Of a DNA stretch of 64,000 bases, positions 14,180-25,662 are shown in pieces. A program made the position numbers and the translations under genes. The notes under the pieces were generated by a model that saw only the letters and a list, made by a program, of their open reading frames with translations, was not told the origin of the DNA and made no database searches. The DNA is from Catajapyx aquilonaris (lineage: Eukaryota). The number at the start of each line of letters is the position of its first letter. The stretch's first letter is position 1. The stretch is from assembly GCA_000934665.2 (NCBI GenBank), contig JYFJ02001951.1, positions 1 through 64,000 on the forward strand. Direction: 5' to 3'.

Positions 14180-15242
14180 AATAAGTTGAGAACGGGCCAA
14201 TAAATCGCTTTATGTACCATATACCCAACTGCAGATATTTCAATAGTAATGTTCACCTCAGGTTTGACTTGGTCGCTGCTTGGCCTTTTCTTGGCTTACA
14301 CCAGTTACACGTGCCGTGGAGCAGAGGAAGACAAATATTGACACGAGCTCGAGCTATTTGAAGATCAGATTTTATTATTTTTTGGGGGGAGTCGCGACTG
14401 AATTTAAGCATCGCATCTAACTATCTTGTGATATATCGGGTGTCGTTTCTCTTCGAATTAATTGCGTTTGTTTGGAAGTTAACTTTGAGTGTGTAGTTAT
14501 ACAAGGTGCTCTGTTGACGGTCACTGAAGATAATGAGTCTTGTTATGGCTCCCAAGTTCTGCAGTTTAAGCAACGTGCTTTGAAGCAGATTGCGTGTCCT
14601 GGCTGCTACAGTACACATAAGAAAACGTCCGCCTTGAAAGGATACTTGTTGACTCTTCCCATGGATTTTGTCTCTGTCTCCTCCCACAGAGAGACTCGTT
14701 TTCTCTCTTTGATTCACCATGATCTAAGCATTTACTTGCACTTTTCCATGTACTCGTATTATTTTGCAGCGTTTTTATTGACACCTGCACCAAACACCTG
14801 CATAAGTTTTTTTAGACAAACTTCATGTAAAGCCGGATGCAAATCTTCCCGGAGGTCTTATAAGTACTGGATAATAATTGGCCTATTATCTGGTTAACGA
14901 GGCGTCAGGGACTACATGGCACACCTACATAAAGTGCTCCGGAGATTGTCGGTATAATTACGAAGCACATTGTATGGCACTGCAGTGAGAGCTCAGCACT
15001 TGTAACGTATCTTTTCCATAAACCCGTATCCTTAGTATTCAGAGCTACCGTTCTGCCACTTCTGTTCACAGGATTACCTAACGACCAGGATATGAAAATT
15101 TCCTGACAAGCATGTTTACGCAGCATAAACTTGCAGAACGATTCTCTTTAATTATAAAACTCGTGAACAAATGCCAGTTACAGCATAAATGCAATCAGAA
15201 GACAAAAAAAAAGTCAACATCCGGTGAAATCAGTCAAACTTT

Positions 15243-18200
15243 TCATCCGAGCAAAACTCGCTTGATGTGCTCATATCCAGCCTTCATAAAGTATTCAAAG
15301 CTTGGGTTTGATGCTAACGTAGCCAGCTCTGGGCAGCTGAGGAGAGTCGGAAGTGGAGGCATCAGGTTCTCCACGTCCTCACCTGAAACAATGAGACGCA
15401 TTGTGAGAGTTTAAATGAAACCAGCGAGTTCGTTAGTAACCGACATAATGATACGAGAGGAGCCAACTGACCTTGCTCAAACGCAAGCTTAGCGATGCGG
15501 AAAACGAGTGAGTGGGTAATGATATCCAGGGTGTCCTCCTCTATCGAGATGCTTGCCCAGCTGTCCCTCAGGACAGCCTGACACCAGATCTGGAGCCTTG
15601 CGAAATAGACAAATAAGTCACGCGTCGCTACCACCGATTGGTTTTATTAGCTTACGTACCATGCAATGTCCCTTTCTTCTTCGTCCTCAACAAAGCACAG
15701 AAGGTCCAAGGCTTTCTTGAAGTCAATAACATCCGTCGACTTATTTTCCTCTCCAATGTACAATTGAATGATTTCTATGGGCTTCATGACCCGCATTGTG
15801 TCCGGGTCACAACCCAGTGCGTCCAGCACCTTCTGCGGCAGTGCTTCTTGATGGGTAATCAGGTCCAGTTCGAGGTTGATCCTCTCAACAGCTGCGGCGA
15901 CATCTTCACCCGAAGCCAGCAAGGCCAGCTTGGCCAACCCAAGCTGGTTCTTCTTGCGGCGAAGCAAAGTTGTTTCGGACTCAGCCAAGGCCAGGAACGT
16001 CTTGGCGGACTCACTCATTTTGCCTATCCCCAGGTTGTGGATGGCACCCAGGAGAGGGTTGGCAGTGGAAAGGAAACGAGAGAGGGCCTCTCCATGACGA
16101 CCACTCTTGAAACCTCGGAGAAGGTCGCCACGCTTGCCCTCACGAAGGTGCCAGGCAAAGACAAAGTCACGGAAACCCTGCGAAACAATAGTTCAACTAA
16201 AATGGAACGGCAAAGTGACGGCCACACCAACCTGCTCCTCAAACTCATCCATGTAGCGATCCAGCCTGTCTCGATTGTTGGTACTGAGGCAAAGCCGGAC
16301 CAGGACACCAAACTCTTGGTACTTCTCGCCCAGCATCGCCGCACGCTCGTAATCTTGTTCTTGCACTGAAATGCATCAAGTCGGTGCTCATAATTACTCG
16401 GTCATAAGTCAACTAGTTGAACACTTACAGAATGGCGCAATTAGCTCTGTGCACTGTCCGCGGTACTGGGCAGAGACGGACCTGTGCCGCTCACTGTCTG
16501 CCCCATCCAAGCTGTCCAACTGCGACCTGAACCCGTCAAGAAGAAGGTCGACCAGGTCCAACAGCTGGTCCATTAGCTTATCCTTGACCTTGCTGTCACT
16601 TGCGCCTGACCCAACCCTGACCCCTTGCTCCAAGGTGAGCTTGTACAACTTCTTCAAGGCAGGTCGCACTCCGAGGGTGCCGCTGGAGGCTGTCCATGGA
16701 ACGTACTCAACACCAGTTGCTCCCCATGGCGAGAACTGGGTGGGGCTATTTTGCTGGCGGAAGGCCAGCGCACTCTTCAGCATTGTCTGGAAGATACAGG
16801 CATTACGATTGCGCATTAAATTAAGCAAAGCAGGCCTTACGAGGACGATGGTGTTGGCAGTGGTGATGGCGTCAGTGTTTTCTTGGGGTCTGGACGATGA
16901 AGCGACAACTTCTTCCGCTCCTTGGACCAAAGCCGGAATTATCTCATCAATTAGCAGCACCTGAAACAAAACGGGAGTAACAACAGTGCACAGCAGAGAT
17001 CCACTGACGACTTTACCTCTGTGTAGAAAAGGTCGCCATGGGGAAGCAGATCAGACTTGCGCTCTCCGCGGTTCTCCATCACCATCTTGATAGCCGTGCT
17101 GATTGTTGGCTTGTGCCTTCAAGAAACGCAAGTGATTATTTGATCCAAGCAACACAACAATACAACTCAAACAGTGCGTACTTGGCCTGCAGTGAGTGGA
17201 GAGTACAGGCTGCGACAATCTTCTCAGCATGTTCGCAGAGTGCCATGCTGGTGCACATTGGCCGTTCCCTCACCATGGCCACGCCAAACTGCAACAACAG
17301 AGCGGTGCATTAGCATGAGTACTTTGCATGTAAGTGTCTTCCTCACCTTGTCCCAGAGCCTGGATCCTTTGAGAAATGAGACAAACAGGCGGTGGGCATG
17401 CTGCTTCCCTTGCAAAAGATTACTGATCAACACGGACTGCATGCCGCCAATGCCCTCTGAAAGAACACGGACGAATGAAAATGCGGTAAGGCAAAACACA
17501 TTGCGCTGGAACTCACCCGAGTATTGCCCGTCATCCCATCGCGGATCAGTTGAAGGACGGTCGTTCAGGATTCCGCCACTCACTTGCAACACACACCCAT
17601 CCATCAGAGAGTCTGCGCTTCCGGCTGGAAACAGGTCCTGAACTAAAGACTGCATCTTGACTTCTCCTTTGGCGCAGAACTGAACAAAGGCACCCTTAAG
17701 TCTCTCCACAGGGTTCGTGCTACTCTGCAGCTCCTGCAGGCGAGTGTCAGTAACGCAAAAGGTAGCAGACGACAGAGTCGGATCAGCCATAAAGGAGGAG
17801 ACGTCGTGGGCATCCATGGTTGACTCTTCCAGCGCATCGTCCTTTGGCACCACCGTCACCAGCCACTGCTCGGAGAGGAACAGGAGGAGGCGGCTCTGGC
17901 ACACTCCGAGACCCAGCAGGCGTTCGGTCGGAGATGGGAAAGGTATTTGGTCCAGAGGGGCTGACGGCGAGTCAAGATGGCAGCATCGCAGGGTTCGCTT
18001 GCTGTACAGGTAAGCACGGTTGCCCACAAGCACAAATCGCATTGAACGCATCTCAGAATCAGGGGACTCGTCATACAGCATCGGAAGATTCAGCACCGAA
18101 AAGGATGACATATCACCAGACGAATTCAATGTGCCTGCAGGTAACAAACGCCGTTATTAGAAAAGCGTACAAAGCGTCAAAAAGGCAAACATGCCTAGAG

Positions 18201-19549
18201 CGTAATGGAGCTGCTGGTTGTCCCCCTGTGGATTGAACGCAGCTGCCATGAGTATGACATGGCTGCCCCAGGCCTGCATGTCAACCAGCCAGGTGCGGAG
18301 GAACGAGGCCGCTTGCAATGACCTCCCATCGCGTCCTCCACCGTCGCCTTCCCACAAAGCCTGCCTGAATGCCTGCCGCACAGCCTTGTCCACATCCCAC
18401 TCCCCCACAAGCATCTCGTTTCCAATCCCCGACTCCAGCCGCCACTTCTGCAGTGACTGGCCTGCAAGCACGAAGATCTCGCTGTCATCGCCAGCCACGA
18501 CTTTCACCAGTTTCTGCAAGATCCAAATTAGTGCATGTAACCAGGCGAATATGATAAACTTACAGCTTCCGCAGTTTGACTTGGCATGCTCCCGAAGATG
18601 ACAGAGCTGAGTCGGCGACCGATCCCACCGAACCAGCCGTGTTGAACTCGTAACGGTCTGCACTTTAGTCCGAACAGCCCGTCGCCGCCGCCTTCGCCCC
18701 CACTGGCTGTCACTAGGACAACGGTGGAAGTGGTGGTGGCCAGCAGACACCCGGCTGCTGCTCCAGCTCCGAGCGACGTTAAGGAATCGCACTCCTGCCC
18801 CTGAAGCTCCGCACTGATTTCGGCAAATGACCCCTCGTGGGCAGCGCTTGGCCAGAAGCGGACCAGCCCCTCCGGCGATGCAGCCATCACCGCAGGCGCA
18901 GAGTCGCCTCCGGACGGCAACACGCAGACCAGCTGTGCACGATGCGCCAGGTCACTCGGCGGCAAAGGTAGCTCCCGGCACAGTAGATCGCCAGGAGCCG
19001 ACCCGCCATGCCCTAGGGGCCAGACCAGCAGGCGGCGGGCGCACACCAACCAAGCCCATCCGAACTCGCTCAGCTGGACACTCAGCTCCGCCGTGGCTGA
19101 AACGACTACAAGTGAGCAAATCCCGCAACTGACCCAATCTGCTGCAGCATACCATCTGCAAAGTTAAGCGCCTCCACGACCAGTACGGGCAGGTAGGACC
19201 CATGCGGCTCCAGGTAGTGCCGCTGCGACTCAGCCACCGCATGTGTCGCACCAGAGAAACTAGTCGACATCCGCCTTGGAAATGAAAGAACATTTTAGTG
19301 TCAGCTTATTACCCCACAGATGTGACTAAAGGGTACAGACGAGGATGCTCTGGCGGGCTTCCCCCTCCTCTTGCTGGACCCCAGCGTGAGCCTGGACGCC
19401 CTCAGGCTGCCCCTGGTGCCCGGGGTGGCCGGAGAGAGCAGCGTGGATCCTCCCAGACTCATGCTGAAGCTGCTCTCCCGGCTGCTTCCTCCGCCTCCTT
19501 CCTCCAAAAGGGCGCTCAAGCCACTCCGATTCGACATTTTAGACGCCAT
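15243..19549 (-). CDS. NUP133: Nuclear pore complex protein Nup133, 12 coding exons, ~1200 aa
   Basis: Exons approx. 19549-19341, 19274-19153, 19096-18564, 18513-18195, 18134-17517, 17456-17347, 17288-17182, 17116-17017, 16960-16429, 16365-15660, 15596-15472 and 15382-15243. Motifs GSYLPVLVVEAL, GWAWLVCARRLLVW, SPEGLVRFWPS, LNDRPSTDPRW, LCEHAEKI, EYVPWTAS, AAMLGEKYQEF, DFKKALDLL and the C-terminal SNPSFEYFMKAGYE match metazoan Nup133. The exon-1 donor and exon-3 acceptor are ambiguous by a few codons. Confidence 0.93.
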
Positions 19550-19876
19550 CTTTGAAACGCTTGCCGGTTTTTTGAATCAGGGTGGCCAACTGCAGCTGGT
19601 GTTGTTGTTGTGGCTACACTGCGAAGGGTAGCCAACCGCAGCTGGTTGTGGCTACACTGCACCGGGAAGGGTAGCCAACCGCAGCTGGTTGTGGCTACAC
19701 TGCACGGCGAAGGGTAGCCAACCGCAGCTGGTTGTGGCTACACTGCACCGGGAAGGGTAGCCAACCGCAGCTGGTTGTGGCTACACTGTGACCACGCCAA
19801 AAAGGGCAGCGGTTCGAATGCGCCCACGGACACGCTGCTCAGAACGGGGCGTTCGAATGCACCTCAAGAATACAAG
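19550..19876. promoter_or_regulatory. Bidirectional promoter NUP133 <-> NHLRC2
   Basis: Head-to-head start codons are separated by 327 nt. Both ATGs sit in AAGATGGCG (YY1/Pho-like) contexts. Confidence 0.8.
19581..19788. repeat. 43-bp tandem minisatellite (about 4 full plus 2 partial copies) in the NUP133/NHLRC2 intergenic promoter
   Basis: Unit GTTGTGGCTACACTGCACCGGGAAGGGTAGCCAACCGCAGCTG starts at 19607 (5-nt deletion), 19645, 19688 (ACGGC variant) and 19731, with a partial copy at 19774 and a degenerate partial copy at 19581-19600. Confidence 0.97.
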
Positions 19877-22169
19877 ATGGCGGACAAAATGGAATGGTGC
19901 GATGTGGTGGGGCAGAAAATGGGTCAGTGTGCTGAACTGGTGGACAGTTTGACCTCGATGACCTCGGAGGATGAGAGGAGACGGGTTGTGCGACGGTTTT
20001 TGGTGGATAGCGAGGGATTGTATGCGGGGCAGAGGCCGCCGGACATACCGGAAGGTGAGGTGACACGCCCAGCACTTCTTGTCAAGTTTTACATTTTACA
20101 CTTACTTATAGGATTGGAGTGGTTGAATGTGAGCAGGTCGCTGACCTGGGATGACCTGCGCGGAAGGGTGACTGTGATTGACTTCTTCACGTACTGCTGC
20201 ATCAACTGTATGCACCTCCTGCCGTACCTGCACAAGCTGGAGGACAAGTACAGCAGTGATGGCCTCCTTGTGGTCAGTATGCAGTGCGGTGTAGGTCGTC
20301 AGGACGGTGGTGATTAAAAATGGGTTTCCAACAGGTTGGGGTGCACAGCGGTAAGTTTGCAGCGGAAAAGTCAACCGCAAGCATACTGCAGGCACTGCAG
20401 CGGAATGATATACACCACCCGGTGGTCAACGACCCTGAGTTTGACCTCTGGAACCGCTTCTGCGTTTCCTGCTGGCCAACGGTGCTCGTCATGTCCCCGA
20501 GTCTGACCCCGTTGTTCGTGTTGGTTGGAGAAGGGCCAAAGACGTTGCTGGAAACTATTGTTGGAGCTGCCCTTGAGTTCTGCTCGGAGCAGGTGCACTT
20601 TGCCCCTGGGCCTGTGCCGCTGTTGCCGCTCAACCGCTTGGCGCCGGCTTCACCGCTGAGGTTTCCTGGGAAGGTGTGCGCTCATGGCAACCGGTTGGTA
20701 GTGGCCGACACAGGCAACAATCGGGTCCTGGTGTGCAATATGAGCGGCACTGCCATGAGCGTTGTTGGCAGCGTGGAAGGATTCCAGGATGGTTCGTTCA
20801 AGGTGGCGGAGTTTCGCAGCCCACAGGGTGTGGCCATCCATGGCGATTTAGTGTATGTGGCAGACACCGGCAACCATGCAATCAGGCAAATCGACCTGAT
20901 CGGCAAGAATGTGGTGACGCTGGTCGGAACCAGACGGCAGGGAGAGGACTACGAAGGAGGAAAAGAGGGTCGGGAGCAGGAAATCGCATCGCCATGGGAC
21001 GTGTGCATTGGTAGCTTGAATGACGAAGCGGACACACTGTTTATCGCGATGGCCGGCACGCATCAGGTGAGGCATATTATGATTTGGTCAGAACGTTAAC
21101 GACAGAAGCTTTGCATTATCCGCAGATCTGGGCATACATGATCCGTACTTGCATGTGGCGCAACAAGGAGCTGAAAGCTGGGACGTGCTTGCGGCTGGCA
21201 GGCAGTGGAAAGGAGGAGAATCGCAACAATGCATACCCAGCCAGCGCAGGTTTTGCGCAACCCTCAGGCCTCTGGTTTGATGGGCAGAGACGCGTCTTGT
21301 ACATTGCTGACAGTGAGAGCTCGTCGGTTAGGAAGCTAAGTTTGGATGACGGAAGCGTGAAGGCCGTCGTGGGAGGCGGGAGGGACCCGAAAGATCTATT
21401 TTGTTACGGGGATGTGGATGGAAAAGGAGCTGAAGTCAGGCTGCAGCATCCGATGGGAGTCGCCTTCAGTCAACACACAGGAATGCTCTACGTTGCAGAC
21501 ACTTACAACCACAAAGTAACAACATGTGCATTACCACCAGTTGGTAATATTGTTCCGTAACCATTTTGTTTCTCTACCCCACAGATCAAAGCAGTGGATG
21601 TGGAGAGCCGGTCGTGCACCACTATTGTTACAGGCTCATTGTTAGGGGAACCAAGTGGCATATGCCTGACGGACGACGGCCGCTGCCTTTTGGTCGCAGA
21701 CACCAACAATCACCTCATCCGCAGCGTGGATCTGACTGAAGCCAAAGGTGAGATCCAGACCCTGAATGTTACCATCAACAGAGGCAAGCCCGACACAGTT
21801 GATGGAAGTGATGTGGTGAGAATCAACCCATCGGGAGGAACAGTCAGCATTGTTGTGGGATTGTTGCTGGAAGACGGAGTTAAGCTGGCAGAAGAAGCAC
21901 CGCAGAAGTGGGAACTGGAAGTGCCCGACCAGCACTGGAAGGCTGATCAGACAAAAGGGACGTTCCAGGGGCAGTTCTCCGTCATCATGGAGGTTCCTCC
22001 TGCATCATCGGGTGACAGCAAAGAGGTCAAAGTGAAGCTGAATCTGTACCTGTGCAGTACTGACGGGACTTGTCACATCCGTAGTGCCTGCCTCATTATT
22101 ACTGTGCTGTACGACAAAAATGCTGGTGGACAAACTGATGTCCAGTTGAAGCACGCAGCCAAGTTGTAA
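19877..22169 (+). CDS. NHLRC2: NHL repeat-containing protein 2 (thioredoxin-like domain, NHL beta-propeller, C-terminal beta domain), 5 exons
   Basis: Exons 19877-20054, 20112-20272, 20335-21066, 21126-21515 and 21585-22169, all GT-AG. Contains the diagnostic GLEWLN...DFFTYCCINCMH, VGVHSGKF, CWPT, LRFPGK, ADTGNHAIR, IAMAGTHQIW, GSGKEENRNN and LQHPMGV motifs. Confidence 0.95.
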
Positions 22170-22387
22170 TCGCAAGGCTTACTTGCTTATTTGTACCAGA
22201 TGGTGCACTTGATGTTATGGCCTGAAATATTTTAAGCCTACTACTGGTAGCATTGTCAAAGGGCCACTACGTACTACGGTGCACATTAAAAAGTTGTTAT
22301 ACCAGTATCTAACATAGATGATGGACCATCCTTTATATTGTGCAATTTTTTTACATTTGGATTAAATTACATAGAACATTAAAAATA

Positions 22388-23508
22388 TTATAATACATCA
22401 TGCGCAGTGTTGGTTAACGCTGCATTTTCCTTTAAAACCTCGACCACGCCCGAATCCACCTCCCATTGTTGGTCTGCCTGCTCCAACAATGTGAGGCCGT
22501 AACCTGATTCCAGCAAGAAACGATACGCCCTGTAGCAGGCATAGTGATCGGTTTGTGCCTCATCAAGCAGCTTTTTGAGGTGGGCCAGGTCGCTAGTGAC
22601 CTGCGCTTTGAACCCTTCGATGACCCGCTTGCCCTGACCCGGATCATCGTGCTTTGGAGCATCCAGCAGGGTCGAACCCCACTGCTGGCAACACTCGCTG
22701 GGAACAGGCGTATTTTCCAACGTCGCTTTCCTGTCCCTGGCTGTGACTCGCAGCTGGATGGGTTCGCTTAGGGTCAGCTCGGGAATGCAGCAGGCCGAAT
22801 GGAAGCACTCGAGGTCGGCCTTGAGGTCCGGGTCGCTGCAGGCAATATCCACGGTTGCATGGCCCTCCACAGCCAGCTGCAGCATCGATGCGACCTGCGT
22901 ACCCAAAGCAGTCAGAACCCGCGGAACGTACTCGATGCACGACTTGTACCAATTGCCAAGAGACGCTTCCAATGCCGGCTGCTGTCCAGGATCCTGCAGT
23001 CAACAGCGAACTATTACCCCAACAGCGGACAAACCATGTTCATGTAAAGACTATGCGTACCACGGGATCAACCGAACCCAGCACCTTCCGGGCAAAGTCC
23101 CCAAGCTCTTCCTTGAAGTTGTCCAGCAGACCAGTGGCCGTTGTGAGCAAGCAGAGGATGAGCTTGGGCGTCTCCTCACCCCCGTTGTAATCCAGCAGTA
23201 TGTAGTAGCAGACAGCAGGTGAGTCCGCACCTTTTCCAAGGCTGAACTCCATCGAGGATATCCCGCCTTGGTTGGGAAAGACAGTCCCTTTGGACAGCCG
23301 ACGGGACAGGAACAACCGCAGCTGGGCCTCCTGGTTCATATCCAACGTGGAGGTCACCAGTGACAAGCTGGAAAATAATAAGTGTGGGGGGTCAGCAACT
23401 CCCCCAGGTTATTTCCACAGCCCAAAAGAAGCTCCACCTGTTCCCATTGAACGAATAGAGCGCCTGGAATATCGGAGGACGATTTTCGCATCCTTCGACG
23501 GCCGCCAT
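22388..23508 (-). CDS. C17orf75: Protein Njmu-R1 / C17orf75 homologue (subunit of the WDR11-FAM91A1 tethering complex), 3 exons, 327 aa
   Basis: Exons 23508-23438, 23367-23061 and 22993-22388, phases consistent. Segments SLSLVTSTL..QLRLFLSRRLSKGTVF...VCYY, GLLDNFKEEL and LAHLKKLLDEAQTDHYACYRAYRFL align with my recollection of the vertebrate Njmu-R1 sequence. Confidence 0.82.
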
Positions 23509-23711
23509 CTTTGGATTCGTTCGGACAGGGTTGCCAACCCCCGATCCGTGTAGCCAACTGCTAACCAGGCCCCAGTCGGCAGGGAACCGAACGCGCCCCA
23601 CGTCGCCATCTTTTTTTTTTTATTATTGTTCTGTCCTGCGTGGTTTATATTTCCTCCGCTTTTTCGTTGGGCCTCATTTCTTGGTGATTGTGTGGGATCT
23701 CGTTGGTGATC
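23509..23711. promoter_or_regulatory. Bidirectional promoter C17orf75 <-> PPIL3
   Basis: Head-to-head start codons are separated by 203 nt. There are two minus-strand AAGATGGCG motifs (at 23508 and 23609) and AGGGTTGCCAAC at 23527. Confidence 0.8.
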
Positions 23712-25662
23712 ATGGTAGGTTAATGGTGCCCTTCCGAGGGTGGTCTGAACTCTAACCGTGTGTTTCCTCCCGCAGTCTGTGACCATCCACACTGATCTGG
23801 GCGACCTGAAGATGGAGCTGTTCTGCGAGATATGCCCAAAGACATGCGAGGTAAACACCACCAGACTACCACACTACGGCATGTAGTAGTGCAGGAGAGT
23901 GGACATTAACACATTTTTGCCCCCTTTCATCCTATATGCAGAACTTCCTGGCGCTGTGTGCGAGTGACTACTACAACGGATGTTTGGTGCATCGCAACAT
24001 CAAGGGCTTCATGGTCCAGATGGGGGATCCGACAGGGACTGGAAAGGGAGGCACGTCCATCTGGGGTGGGAAGTTTGAGGACGAGTTCAAGGATGAGCTC
24101 AAGGCAATAAGTTCACTGGTTGATGGGGGGGCAGGGTACGTGTCGTCGCTTAAATCCCTATTAATAATAATGGGGGGATTTGTCTCTTCCCATGCACAGC
24201 ACAACGTGAGGGGAGTGGTGTCCATGGCAAACAGTGGAGCCAACACCAATGGGAGCCAGTTCTTCATCACGTATGCGGCGCAGCCACATCTTGACCTCAA
24301 GTACACCATCTTTGGAAAGTGAGTTGAGTCCACCTTGCCGCATTCAAGTTTCAAACTGCCAAGGCAATTACATATTGCTGTGGTATCCCTTTTGCTGAAG
24401 GTGATTTGCTGATTAACTACTCGCAAGGAGAATTTAACAAATACTGAAATGTCAATGAATTGCTGCGTGTAACTGGTGCAGTGCGTAAATTGAGGGTTCA
24501 GATGCCATATGTAAGAGAATTAGAACTCACTAGACAGCTGTGGTCAACTGAGTAGGCCTAATGTGAAACTGAAGTTTTCAATTTTGGGTCAGTGAATACA
24601 CAGGGTGAAGGGATTTTGGCACATAATCGCCAGGTAGACTGATAGTACTCACAAAACTAATACAGGGATCTGCAATTAGTTTTGGGCGCCATTGCGTAGT
24701 TAATGCCACATACCTCATGCGCTGACATCTGACATGATTCTGTAGACTACCGGTACTGTATTGCAATGCTACAAGGCAGTGCTTTAAAGACACCACACAT
24801 GTTAACTACACAACGGTACTCAAAACCAATTGCACATCCCTATATTAGTTTCGCAAGTACTACTGTATCAGTCTACCTGAAGATTAGGAACAAAAATCCC
24901 TTCACCCTGTGTGAAGAACCTCTACTCTCCAGCCACACTCAGAATCCAAGGTTCACTGTATCATGATATGCCAAGTGTAGTGGTTGTTATTTACATTTCC
25001 TTTTTCTGTTTTAAAAAATACCAAACTTTTTAAATAAAGCATCAATTGGCGCAGAAAGTGCAATGCAGCAGGTTTTGACAACAATATATTTCAAAATTAG
25101 CATTAGTTTAAAAGCTACATCTGTGGAAATGCTGTCAAAATAATGAGCAATGTCTTTTATAGAAAAGTTTTTTTTAAACACCCCTCTGACTTTGATAACG
25201 CACTTGATTGAGCCTGCTGTTTTGTATTGTATTTCGCCGACAGTTACATTAAACGTGATGCTATGACAGAGGTGGAGTTATGTAGGCCTATGTAGGCCAC
25301 TGATTTCTCTGACCATATCCATATTTTATTTATAAAAGTGCACATTGAATGCACGGTTTTCAGGAGCTTAACTTGTTTTTTAATTGTACAAAGGCATATT
25401 TCAAAATGTATTCCTCCATCTTCCATCAGAATCATTATGCTATGAGAGAATTGCACTGCTGGTTCAGCGAAGCAGTGGACCTCAACTTTCATTACCAAAA
25501 GACATGTTAATAATAACCCTACCTGATTGTTGCAGGATAATTGACGGGTTTGACACCTTGGAAGACCTTGAGAAGATGACTGTCAACCCCAATAATTATC
25601 GTCCCCTCAACGAGATCCGAGTCAACAGCGTCACCATCCACGCCAACCCAATCGCCAGGTGA
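23712..25662 (+). CDS. PPIL3: Peptidyl-prolyl cis-trans isomerase-like 3 (cyclophilin), 5 exons, 161 aa
   Basis: Exons 23712-23714 (ATG only), 23776-23850, 23942-24103, 24200-24318 and 25536-25662. Translation [35 protein letters not shown]...[21 protein letters not shown]...[11 protein letters not shown]...[22 protein letters not shown]...VTIHANPIA. Intron 3 requires a GC donor. Confidence 0.96.

Noticed and set aside
19581..19788. CRISPR-like appearance (palindromic repeats at regular spacing)
   Set aside because: The units are contiguous with no unique spacers (only a 5-nt variable patch), there are no cas genes, and the context is eukaryotic with spliced genes. It is a minisatellite.
19775..19876. 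Longer NHLRC2 N-terminus suggested by the ORF track
   Set aside because: It starts at a non-ATG codon inside the minisatellite. The ATG at 19877 has a strong context.
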